In this document: positions 40,874 through 55,524 of the stretch, piece after piece
Layout: every line of letters starts with the position of its first letter
How positions within the stretch are numbered: the first letter of the stretch is position 1
Origin: Octopus sinensis
Taxonomy: Eukaryota
Direction: 5' to 3'
DNA: 64,000 bases
NCBI RefSeq assembly: GCF_006345805.1
Contig: NC_043010.1
Coordinates: 21,576,001 to 21,640,000, forward strand
The notes under the pieces: model-generated
Databases searched by the model: none
What the model was told of the DNA's origin: nothing
Seen by the model: only the letters and a program-made list of their open reading frames with translations
Position numbers and translations under genes: made by a program

Positions 40874-41640
40874 AGGTGGTGAAAGCCGACAGAAATGTTA
40901 GCATGCCGGGCGAAATACTCAGCAGTATTTCGTCTGCGCTACGTTCTGAGTTCAAATTCCACCGAGGTCGACTTTGCCTTTCATCCTTTCGGGGTCGATT
41001 AAATAAGTACCAGTTACGCACTGGGGTCGATATAATCGACTTAATCAGTTGTCTGTCCTTCTTTGTTCTCTCTGTGTTTAGCCCCTTGTGGGTAGTAAAG
41101 AAATAGGTATCTCACCTGCCGTTACGTTCTGAGTTCATATTCCACCGAGGTCGACTTTGCCTTTCATCCTTTCGGGGTCGATTAAATAACTACCAGTTAC
41201 GCACTGGGGTCGATATAATCGACTTAATCAGTTTGTCTGTCCTTGTTTGTTCTCTCTGTGTTTAGCCCCTTGTGGGTAGTAAAGAAATAGGTATCTCACC
41301 TGCCGTTACGTTCTGAGTTCATATTCCACCGAGGTCGACTTTGCCTTTCATCCTTTCGGGGTCGATTAAATAAGTACCAGTTACGCACTGGGGTCGATAT
41401 AATCGACTTAATCAGTTTGTCTGTCCTTGTTTGTTCTCTCTGTGTTTAGCCCTTTGTGGGTAGTAAAGAAATAGGTACTTCGTCCGTCTTTACATTCTGA
41501 TTTCAAGTTCAGCCGAGGTCAACTTTGCCTTTCATCCTTTTGGGGTCGATTGGCGCCGATATAATCTACTTAATTCCCTCCCCAAAAACTGCCCTTGTGG
41601 CAAAAATTTTAAATTAATATTTTCAGTTTCATTACCAATA
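40874..41640 (+). mobile_element. SINE family 1 tetramer: head + three core/B-units (184-bp period) + core/terminal tail
   Basis: Unit starts (ggta..) at 41106, 41290 and 41474; units 41106-41289 and 41290-41473 are near identical. Confidence 0.93.
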
Positions 41641-41664
41641 ATGGAAATTAAACAACTAAAATAT

Positions 41665-42172
41665 TTATTTCAAATTTTGGAACACAAGGCCAATAATTTC
41701 GGGGCTGGGGGAGGAAAAAGGGCGTTTACATCGCTCTCATTGCTCGACTGGTACTTATTTTATCAACTCCGAAAGAACGAAAGGCAGAGCTGACCTCGTT
41801 AGAATTTGAACTCAGAACGTCAAGGCGTACGAAATGCAACTAAACGGTGTGCCCAGCGCGGTTACGATCCTGCCTGCTTGCCACATTAAAGCGTGTTAAT
41901 GTTATAAGATCTATATTAAGGCGGCGAACTTAAAAGAATAATAATATCAGTTCCAAATGTTGGTACAGAGTACATATCCATCACTGTCATGGGGATGGAT
42001 CAAGTTGAATACATTGTCCCCAGTACTCAACTGGTATTTATTATATCGAACTCGAAATGTTGACAGGTAAATTCCACTTCGGTAGCATTTAAACTAAAAA
42101 AGCAAAGGGGCAGAGGAAATGCCACTTAGCATTTTTCTTGGTCTGCTAACGATTCTGCCAGTTTGCCGTCTT
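41665..42172 (-). mobile_element. Two degenerate SINE family 1 copies, minus strand
   Basis: Reverse-complement cores at about 41750-41830 and 42020-42100; heads end at about 41885 and 42170. Confidence 0.75.
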
Positions 42173-42199
42173 TAAGAACATTAATATTATCAAAATAAG

Positions 42200-42625
42200 A
42201 AGGCGGCGAGTTGGCTGAAACGTCCGCACGCCAGGCGAAATACTTAGCAGTATTTCGTCTGTCTTTATGTTTTGAGTTCAAATTCCGCCGAGATCGACTT
42301 TGCCTTTCACCCTTTCGGGGTCGATAATTTAAGTACCATTTGCGTACTGGGGTTGATCTAATCGACTGGCCCCCTCCCCAAAATTTCGGGCCTTGTGCCT
42401 AGAGTAGAAAAATATATTAAAGCGGTGAGATGGCAGAACCTTTAGCATGCCGAGAAAAATGCTTAGCGCTATTCTTTCGGCATTTTACATTCTGAGTTCA
42501 AATTCCACTGAGGTCGAGTTTGCTTCAATCCTCTCGGAATCGATAAAATAAGTAGTAGTTGTGTACTCGGCTACCCCCTTTCCCGAACCTGCTGGCCTCG
42601 TGCCGAGATTTGAAATCATTATTAG
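42200..42625 (+). mobile_element. Two head-to-tail SINE family 1 monomers
   Basis: Heads at about 42201 and 42421; terminal tail cccaaaatttcgggccttgtgcctagagtagaaaaa. Confidence 0.85.
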
Positions 42626-42709
42626 CAGAGTTATCTCTTGCTAATTCCCGACTTATGCTCGCTGCAAACGATAATGCAAATTATAATAAGCAATTTCTAT
42701 GCGAAAGGA

Positions 42710-43570
42710 ATTGGAAACTGTAGTGAAAAAGTGGCTCAAAGAACAGTCAACAGAATTTTACGGGGCAGGAATACATGCTCTAATTCGAAGCTGGTACATT
42801 GCTATTGAGAGAAACGGTGACTATGTTGAGGAGTGGGGATGTGATCCACAGGGGACCAGCTACATTTTGATGTATGAAACATGTTCCTGTGTTGGTGATT
42901 ATACCTGTCCTAAACAAAATGGCATTACTTTTTAACTCACCCTCGTATATGTGTGTTGTGGAAGGATTCTGATCACCCCCACGTGACCAAAAGGGGACTA
43001 ACGTATTTCAGTAAGATAAAGAACTAGTAGCTGACAGCAGTACAGTTGTCATCCTTGATTGTTCGTATTGGATAACTGTGTTAGTTTAATATCATATCTA
43101 CGTTTGTCGTAGTACAGAGTATGTTCTGTGTGAACATTAATTCTGCGAAGGGTTATTCTAGATAACCATATCCAAATATTTATTTGGTTAATACAACTCT
43201 ACACCCTTGTGCACACCCCAACGTCGTCATAACATTATTGGCGACAAGATATTCAAGCCCCCGAAGACCTCCGTTTGTCTACTTTTGGTCACGTGGGGGT
43301 GATCAGGATCCTTCCACAACACACATATACGTGGGTGAGTCAAAAAGTAATGTCATTTTGTTTAGGACAGGTGTAATTACCAACACAGGAACATGTATCA
43401 TACATCAAAATGAAGTTGGTCTCCTGTGGATCACATCCCTACTTCTCAACATAGTCACTGTTTCTCTCAATAGCAATGTTCCACCTTCGAATGAGAGCAT
43501 GTATCCCCGTCCCCTAAAATTCTGTTGACTGTTCTTTGAGCCACTGCTTCACTACTGTTTTCACTTTTCT
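42710..43570. repeat. Fold-back structure: mariner 3' end plus flank duplicated in inverted orientation around an LTR-like core
   Basis: 42710-42993 matches the reverse complement of 43282-43570 (about 90%). Both arms encode VVK(K/Q)WLKEQSTEFY and carry the mariner TIR (tttt.actcaccc.cg|TA). Confidence 0.9.
42954..43250 (+). mobile_element. Possible retrotransposon LTR (TGTTGTG...CATAACA, about 281 bp) followed by PBS-like ttattggcgac
   Basis: Termini TGTTGTG and CATAACA are near-inverted; TGGCGAC lies just downstream, as in many gypsy-type PBS. Confidence 0.45.
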
Positions 43571-46500
43571 CCCATGTATATAGAATTCGGAATGCATCGA
43601 TTCCACTAGCTGATATATTTCCCATCTATCACAGGAGGATAAAATGAAACATTTCTCCTGCCAAGGTTTGAACTCAGAAGTCAGAGACATGCAGCTAAAT
43701 GCTGCAAGGCATTTTGTCAATAACACAAAAGCGAACAAACAATATGGCAAAAACAGAAAACCAGTAAAAAGACTTGTAAAGCAAACGACACTAAGACTAG
43801 CTACTTCAATAATGTTGTCTAACATCACAAGCGGCTTTAATAATAACAATTAAATAAGCAAGGCTGTTGTAAACGTTAAGGCTTCCGATACCAGATATTC
43901 TCATGCAATATCCTCTTTCGGCTTTTACGCCTGAGAAATCTTTTAAAAAACATCATGAAATATATTTACACATCACAGCTGAAATTTAATACGTATTTTC
44001 ATCTTATGATTGTTTTGTGGTTGAAAGTAAACATTTTTTGCGATTCCATCAGTGAAGTAAAGTAATTTTGAACTCAATAACAAGCAAAGTAAATACTCTA
44101 AGAAATATGATACAACGACAACCAGGTTTTTCATAATTGTTGTATATGATATTCAATTATCTTCAAAATAAAGTAACAGGCGAAATTATTCGTTGACTCG
44201 CTATGGCAGATGAAACAGAACTATTTTGCACGTACCGAATTCCTTAAGTAGACAGAAATCGGAATAAAATTATTAAGAATGGTTTTAATAAACGTACGAC
44301 GAATGTAGTGTACGTGCCAAATCCTAAGCCTCAATCTTTAATGAATAACGCTATAAGAACAAACACGAACAATATTGAAAGTTCTATATTCTAATTACGC
44401 CATATATAAATTATAAAGAATAGTAAATGCTGGTTGAAAGTGTTTCCACATTAGTTTACAGATTATAATTATTTTTGTATATTTGTATTTGTATCTTTTA
44501 AATATTTATTCGCAATATGTTGTTTTTTTTTATTGTTATATTGAATAACAATAGAACAAGCTGAACTCATTATTTGCCAACTTGAGGTGTAAATATATTT
44601 TACTGAATCAGATAATAAAGTCTTTTGTGAAGCTGGATTATATGGCTTCGCTTTTTCGAAGAGATTCCTTCATTAGCATCATTACAGACACACTAAATAT
44701 GGCCCTTAAGAACTACTTCCGCCTAAATATAAAAAGAAACATGTGATTCTATAGGAACTACACATAAATTACATAACACGTGTATATGTCTGAAAATACA
44801 TATGCTTCCCATCCAATTACTGTTCTACGTCAGTTTATTGTCCTTTCAAAGTACGTTCGGTATTGATACACAAGGAAAATACTGTGGGACAAATAAACCA
44901 AATACTATCTATCTTCTTTTGTTTGTTGTTTGAAAACATAGAAACCCAATCACCAAACACACACACACACACACACGAACGATTCTTATTATTTACATAG
45001 AAACTGTCGTATTTTTCGACATGCGTTGCTGTCCCTTTTTAGGAATTATACAAAGTCAATGTAATTGGTGTAAAAGTTACAGTGATGTAGGAATTGACTG
45101 TCCAGTAATATAATATATACCATCAATGTGCTGTTCATTTTCGTTTTTGACTGCTATATGTTGTGTTTCTGTGAATTTTAGCTTGGTGTTATGAACGCTG
45201 TATGAAATGCATTGTGCTTGTCAAATGCACACAAACTAGAGAAAAAAATGAAAGCAATTTAAAAAGTCTTCTTAATACCACAAACAATACGCTATACGAC
45301 CATAATCTAACAGAAATAATACTCTCTATATAGAAATACGCAGAAGAAAAGATCTGATCAATCAGAGATCAGTATATTCTAAACCCATGATAATGTTGAT
45401 GTTTAATGAGATATAGGTATTTTATTTTAGCCAAATAGAGGTCAACTTCACGACTCCAACTGTTATATTGGCCATAACAGTAAAAATGTCTTTAGCTTGT
45501 TTAACTTGCACTTACAGTAAAGTGCGATTCTTACATAGCACTACTTAACAATTGAAAGCAGCTAGGTAGGAAACCATTATTTGACAACGCATCTATACTC
45601 TGCACATCTATACACTGCAGTCCAATGCTAAATTAAAAACGATGTTCGTAAATACAGCCAGGGCGTAGATCTGATTCATATTTTTATTGAAATAGTTTAG
45701 GAGATGGACAGTGACTTATCTAGGCCGATAGATGCATTACAAATATATCATAACATTTGAGACCTGCATCTATCTTGCACTGTGTGTTTTCTGATAAATG
45801 CATTCACCTATTTAAGGGCACCAGGCATCCGTCGTTTACAAAACCCAAAGCCACTACCTGAGTATTTTAATGCGGCTCACCATCAACCAGATTCATTTTC
45901 TGCTACATTGTTGAGACCTAACCCGCTGGACTTTCTATGCTATGAGAAGATTCTGGGCAAAGCTGACATTAAAGCTTAGCGTTAAGATAATTTCATCTTG
46001 CATACGCAGTTTTCCCTTTTGTTAACCACGATGGACCTCATGAGAACTAACTTACATTTTGGCAAGTTCACGAAAAAAAAAATACCTTTAAGAATTATGA
46101 TCTTCTTCAGTGTCACTCCATCCTATAAACAAACTCAAATTCAATATTAAACAACATCCTCCACAATATATTCCACTCTAGTCTATGTTTATCGCATTAA
46201 ATTATTCTAATCTATACACGAAGCTGAAAATCTCTATGGGCACCGTTTTCTCTTTTAAATTTTAAGAGTATGAGCGGAAAAGCTACAATTGATAGCATGG
46301 CTGGTAAAACAAATTCAGTTCATTTATTAAATAAGAAATCAAAACTAAGTTGACAATAAATCAATGAGCATTGTTTTCAGTGATTACTTCGTTAAGATTT
46401 CGTAAGCTGTCGGAGATCGTGTGGAAACAGTAGCGATTCATTAGAAGAGAAAGCAGATGTGTCCCTTGACTATTGCGATAATAGATTATGAATTGCGCTG

Positions 46501-46746
46501 CGATATATCAGCGTCGGTTGGATGGTAATAAGGGAATTTATCGGAGATATTCTACACAGAATTCATCCTTCGGATATTCCCTTTTATAGAAGTAAAATGG
46601 AGTGAGATTTAATTAACGGAAGATTTGATCAAGAGACAAAAGGGAAATAATGAACTTAATTAGTGGAGTTTATAATTTCTGTATGTTTGTTAATGAGGGA
46701 AAATTGGTTTTGATATTGATTCTGTGTGTGTGTGTGAGTGTGTATG

Positions 46747-46796
<50 letters not shown>

Positions 46797-47777
46797 TGCG
46801 CGCGCGTAAATATGCGTATACATGGGTAATCAGTGAGGAGATAAAGAGTCCCGGTTAGAGAAAAAGAATGATTTGACGGAATAACAGACAAGATATTACG
46901 ATTAAATGTATTATAGAGATCCATAAATGTACATTTTTACATTAAACTCTCTCGTAAAGAGTCTACGATGTCGGATATTGCTAAAGTGCACAAATGCTTT
47001 CAATAGAAGACAGTCAACATATACGTATTGTTTAAACGCCAGAAGCTATGTATTTTCGCCCGAAAGAGTTCCTTTAAACGCTTAGCGTGTTAAAAATACA
47101 ATATACTTCAGAGTATAAAATTGCCGCAGAATTAATTACGAGAGAAACCGATGCATGTTTCACTGTGGTTGCGGGTTATCAATGCTCTTGTAATTATTTC
47201 TGAGGCGATTTTATATCGCCTAAGTGTCCGACGAACGGGAACGTGTGTAACAGTTTTTGTGATGTATTTGCAGCTTTATTAATAGAACATATTGCGCTAG
47301 TTCCGGTATTCGAGTACTATTTTTCCCACGTTGTTTCAAATGTGTGTGCTTACTCTGGTGTATATATATTGGGGACGTGCCGTCTGGGTAGGCAAAGTAG
47401 GCAAAGTAGGCTGTGCCTACCCTCAATGAAATAGATCGATAGCAACATTTTCTTTTTACGGCAAAATATGCACCTAATTCAATAAAATTATGAAGGTTAG
47501 TCTGATTGCTATGCATAAAATGCCAAATATTTAGGCTTTTTTTTATTAGGTAGGCATAATTCGCCCCTGATTTTCAATCTCAGTATTAAAACTACGCATA
47601 GGACTGCTGCAGTATACATGCTGCGTACATTCATACAACAACGTTTCCTTTACGTGCTATAATGGCAGAAGTAAATCTGTGTTTTGCTTATATTTTCCTT
47701 TGATTTACTACATAAACGCCACCAACAGCCTACCCTGTATAATTACGGCACGTGCAAGATATATATATATATAAGAC

Positions 47778-47852
<75 letters not shown>

Positions 47853-47856
<4 letters not shown>

Positions 47857-48255
47857 AAAACTCAAAAGAGATCTAAGGAAGAATGTAACGATCCAGAAGG
47901 TGAATGACAATGACCTTTTTGTGTTCACAGTCTGTGGCAGACCATGCCTGTCTTTGGCTGGCCTCAAATCTCATCGAACCTCCACCAACTATTCTGACTA
48001 TATGTCTGTGCACACCTTTGAAGGCAGTGTAGGCCAGAAGGTTTTCAACAGCAAGGGAAGCCTTAAAAAACATGTTAAGATCCACAAAGGGCAGAACTAA
48101 TTTGCAAGTATTGGTGGTTCAAATCAAAGGTGCAATCTATGTGGGTATCTTTTCAGAACATTGTCTGCTTTAAAAAGTCACATCACATGCCATGATGGTG
48201 CTAAGGTGTAGATACAGGAGGTGATCAAACTCTGTATAAGGAGTAGACAACCACT
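47853..48255 (+). mobile_element. Second copy of the RTE 3' end with three C2H2 finger remnants
   Basis: LKLKRDLRKNVTIQKVNDNDLFVFTVCGRPCLSLAGLKSH, FEGSVGQKVFNSKGSLKKHVKIH and CNLCGYLFRTLSALKSHITCH; collinear with about 2340-2770. Confidence 0.8.
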
Positions 48256-48268
48256 ATATATACATACA

Positions 48269-48387
<119 letters not shown>

Positions 48388-48414
48388 CATATATACATAC
48401 ATACAAATATCTAT

Positions 48415-48555
48415 GTGTGTGTGTGTAATTGTGTCTGTGTTGACCCTCACCACCACTTGACAACCAGTGTTGATTCATTCACCTAAAATTTCTTCAAGGT
48501 GGTGCTCCAGTGTGGCCCCAGTCTAATGACTGAAACAAGTAGCAGATAAAAGATG
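48415..48555 (+). mobile_element. SINE family 2, 3' half
   Basis: gtgtctgtgttgaccctcaccaccacttgacaacc...ggtgctccagtgtggccccagtctaatgactgaaacaagta. Confidence 0.7.
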
Positions 48556-48871
48556 ATACCACATACTTAACGTGGTGTGTTGTTAAAACGCCAGAAGCTA
48601 CGGTTGTTCGTCCTGGAAAAATCCATTTAATGAAGTTTAGTGCTAAACTCACAATATATTTCAAAGTACAAGCCTACGTTTTTAATTGATTCCTGTGTAT
48701 TTAAAGGCTCACTGTCGTTAAATTCAGCCAAAATAGATATCAGAAACATTCTACTACCTCTTGGTAGATATCTACACACACGCATATACATTCTTACATG
48801 TATCCCTCTCTCTATATATACATATATCTATGCATCTATCTGTCTACGTATGTATGTATGTATGTATCTAA

Positions 48872-48948
<77 letters not shown>

Positions 48949-48970
48949 AATATATTGATAGATAGATAGA

Positions 48971-50232
48971 TAATGCGGTGGTTTTATACGTCTTTTATTA
49001 TTAAAATCAAGATGAACAATGTTCTTTTTCAATCTAAAATATTCTCACCGTTTTCTGCAAGGCTCTTCCATCTATCTAGTAGATTTACAAGGCCCCTCTT
49101 CCAAAATGCACTTGTCCATGGTGAAAAATATTCCTCCAGTACTGTTCTGATGTCGTCTACAGAAATCAATTCATATTTTTTCTGTCCAAATGATATTGAA
49201 GACTGCGGAACAAACGATAATCAGACGAGGACAATATTCGGCGTATATGGTAGATGGGGCATCATTTCCCATTCAAACTTCTCCAACGTTTGGAATGTCA
49301 CCTCGCTGTATGTGGCCGAGCGTTATCCTGATAGAACACCTTTCGTCTTGAAACCAGATAGCGTCGTTTTTCTTTTAGTACCGACTTAAGCCGCTCAAGC
49401 TGCTCGCAGTAGATCTCCTTTGTTATCGTTTGGTTTGGGTTTAAAAGTTCAAAGTAGACTAAACCTTTCATATCCCACCAAACAGATAATAGCACCTTAC
49501 GTGAAGACTTATTTAGCCTGGGGTACTGGTGTTTCTCCTTTCTCTTCCCACTGTCTTTGGCGCTTCACATTTTTATAGAGAACTCATTTCTCGTCACCAG
49601 TCACTATTCGGTCCAGAAAAGTTCATTCCTGAGACGTGAAAGCAAAGACGAGCACACATTTACTCTCTGCGCACGATTAGACTCCGGAAGTATGTGAGGA
49701 ACCCATTGACCCAATTTGCTGACTTTTCTGATGACACGCAAGTGTCAATGAATGGTTTAATGACCATATCCAAGCTTCTCGTCTAGTTGCTCAACAGTTA
49801 TAATGAGATTTTGCTCCACCAGGGTTTTCAGGACGTCCTCGTGGAGCTCTACAGATTTTCCTGGACAAGGCTTGTCTTCTAGGCTATAGTTTCCGGCTCG
49901 GAATACTTGGAACCACCATTGACACTGGCTTGCGCTTAATGACCGATCCCCATATACTGCATTAAAATTCTTCGCACCATCCATTGCGTTGTTGCTTTCA
50001 TTGAACTCATAAAGCAAAATATGCCGAATATGCTCCTTTGTCACTTCCATTATAGCTTTGGAAAATAACTGTTAAAATAGAACTGCACTCTTTAAAACTT
50101 GCACTAAGACTAAAGACAAGGTAAAATTACTACCTGCTTTTATAGCAAATTGATGCAGGTAGTTTATCCCATCCTCACCCTCCGACTTTTAGTTCATGCA
50201 ATTGAAAAACACGCATTATTTATAGGATGACC
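48971..50232 (-). mobile_element. Near full-length decayed mariner (Mos1/SETMAR-type)
   Basis: MEVTKEHIRHILLYEF HTH, VWWDMKG, FYQDNARPHTAR, WEMMPHLPYTP..SDYRLFRSLQ. Right end aaacacgcattatttataggatgacc|TA; partial inverted match taatgcggtggtttt at the left end. Confidence 0.92.
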
Positions 50233-50235
50233 TAT

Positions 50236-50326
<91 letters not shown>

Positions 50327-50519
50327 CTCTATATCTATATATATATATATATATATGCTTATCTGCTTATAAGTGTATATATGTATACGTATGTGTGTAT
50401 GTGTATATCAATCTTAGTAATCTAGTCCGACCTCTTTTCCTCATCTTATATTTTGTTTGACAGTATCAGGAGGAGCAATTGTGAATATATGTATATGTGT
50501 ACATGTGTGCGTATATATA

Positions 50520-51260
50520 TACCGAGAACTCGGCACAGAACTCGCCGCTTCGTGCCTCGTCGATAACACACGGACACACACACTCGTGGTCTTCGTCGTA
50601 CTCAGACGTCGTATACTACTCAGACTTACTCCCCGCCATAACACCGGCGGCCGCACTCGTGCTCGATATCGAGAACTGCAAGCCCGTTCCCTTGGCTCTG
50701 CTTTCGCTAGACAGTAGATAGGGACAGTGGGAATCTCCTCGTCCTTGATCCGTTTAATAGAGTCAACGTTACTCCCGCCGTTTACCCGCGCTACCTTTGG
50801 AATTTGTTCACTTTGGCATTCGGGGCACTGGGCAGAAATCGCACTTACTCCTCGGCGTCGCATAACTTAGCGCACTCGTGCTCGATACCGAGAACTTCAA
50901 GCCCGTACCCTTGGCTCTGCTTTCGCTAGACAGCAGATAGGGACAGTGGGAATCTCGCTGATCCGTTCATGCGGCGCCTCACCAATTAGACGACGATGCC
51001 GAGAACTCGCCGCTTCGACAACACACGGACACACACACTCGTGGTGTTCGTCGATAACGTCGCATACTAGTCAGCCTTTCTCCGCGCCATAAGACCGGGG
51101 CTCGCGCTCGATGCCGACGAGCGAGAACTCGTCGGCGGTATAAGATTTTTCGTTCTTTTCGACTGCCACACCATAAACCAGCGACCCTGTGTACGCGCGC
51201 AGTAAGTAGGAGGTGCTGTTTCTTCCACTTATATACGTGTGGGAGAGGGGGTAGAAAGAC
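50520..51260. other. CpG-rich unidentified element with internal mosaic duplications
   Basis: Module A (ctcgccgcttcg..cacacggacacacacactcgtggt) at about 50540 and 51005; module B (gcactcgtgctcgata..cccttggctctgctttcgctagacag..gggacagtgggaatctc) at about 50653 and 50872. Confidence 0.7.
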
Positions 51261-52071
51261 AGAGGTTGTCTAAAGCGTGTGTGTATGAGCATTAAATATA
51301 CATGGCATTTTATGTTTGTTTTCGATGGGGAGTGTCGATGGTCATCAGGCTTGTGGAGTTACAAAGCCCTACTGGGGCTAAACAAGATGTGATTAGGAAA
51401 GGGTGTGGTAGTGTAAGGTGTGCAAAAGTAAAGTGGTTCTCGTTAAAGGTGTGAAATCACATGGGAAGTGGAGAGTATTGTCAGGGATAAAATAGATTGG
51501 GACCTATAAAAAGTGGAGGAGAATATCAAAAAAAGAAGAAAAAATACGTAAATGAGTAGATGAGGATATGTAAATGAATATTTGAAACAGTGAATGCATC
51601 AGCACTTAAAGACGGTGATAATTATCGTCTTGGTCGTCGTCATCGTCCTCAGCACTATCAGCATCATCATCAATATCATCATCAGCAGCAGCAGCAGCAG
51701 AAGTAGTAGCAACAGTAGCAGGAGCAGCAGAAGCAGCAACTTCCGGTGGGAAAATATTGAACCTTCATATTGAGAGTAAATTAATTGATAGAAAGTAAAA
51801 GGCTTAAAATATGAAGACTTTTAATTCTGAGTACGACTGATTTGAATATTTAGTGTGGCACGATAAACTAGCGTTGAATATTGAACGCTAAATTCCATAA
51901 GACTTTTTTTTCTTTTTTCTATCTCTGTTTATTTTCTCTTATTCCTCTCTGTGGAAGAGCGTAGGCTTGAAACATAAAATACTTTCTCACTTTCCCGAGC
52001 GTCAAACTAATACGCCTACTTGTTGTTCACACACATACATACATACATACATATATATATAATATTCTGGT

Positions 52072-54398
<2,327 letters not shown>

Positions 54399-54439
54399 GG
54401 GAGGAAGAGAGAGTGTGAGAGAGGAGAGAGAGACTGATA

Positions 54440-54563
54440 GATAAATAGATAGATAAATAAATAGATGGATAGATTGATAGATTGATAGATAGATAGGTAG
54501 ATAGATAGATTGATAGATACATAGATAGTTAGATAGATAAATAGATGGATAGATAGATAGATA

Positions 54564-54596
<33 letters not shown>

Positions 54597-54664
54597 GATA
54601 GATAGATAGATTGATAGATAGATAGATGGATAGATAGATGGATAGATAGATGGATAGATAGATG

Positions 54665-54750
<86 letters not shown>

Positions 54751-54796
54751 CAGATTGATAGATAGATAGATGGATAGATAGATGGATAGATAGATG

Positions 54797-54870
<74 letters not shown>
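54440..54870. repeat. (GATA)n/(GATG) array, about 430 bp
   Basis: Directly visible. Confidence 0.97.
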
Positions 54871-55524
54871 GCTACTTAGATGGATTGTGTAAATTTAGAG
54901 TGAATACTTGATAAGTGTAAACACCTGTATATGCCAGCTAATGGCAGAGGTGAGAGAATATATCAAATATAAATAGAAAATATGTGTTTTTTAATTTATA
55001 CTTAGATGGATAGATAGCCAAATTTACAGTAGGAAGATCTAGATCAGGACTATTATAATTTAGTCGACCAGACTTGAAGAGGAAGATTATATAGAATCAA
55101 CAGATGGTTAGACAGAATATTACGTAAACTGTAAACTATACTGAAGAAAGGGGATAGGTTTATTTAAGCATGAAAGACAGTATGAGGTTGTATGTAAGGC
55201 AGCTCTAATTTTTCAGAAATAGAGGGATTCGAATAAAATATTGCTTCGTCTCATTACAGTAAGATATTCATATTCTACGTCTATTAAATATTGAACAATG
55301 ATGTTTAATTTCTTACGGTTCAGTTGATCAATATTGCAATAATTAATTAGCTTCTGCCTGTTTTTATGTGTTTGAGTTTTAATTAATGTTCGATGTAGTT
55401 ATGTATTATAGTGATACAGACTTTTCCCTCGGAGTTGCATTCGTCTCTGCAAGATGAAGAATAAGTAAATATTAAAAGGTTAAGTAAACGACTTGATAGT
55501 TAGTGTTACTATGATGTCAAATAC

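Noticed and set aside
40874-41640. Regularly spaced direct repeats superficially like a CRISPR array
   Set aside because: The units are whole 184-bp near-identical SINE modules with no unique spacers, there are no cas genes, and the context is eukaryotic.
45782-45979. 65-aa ORF in non-repetitive sequence
   Set aside because: No recognisable domain or clear splice signals; ORFs of this length occur by chance.
51640-51740. (CAT)n/(CAG)n tract resembling a polyQ/polyS exon
   Set aside because: Short compound trinucleotide repeat with no supporting ORF or splice context.
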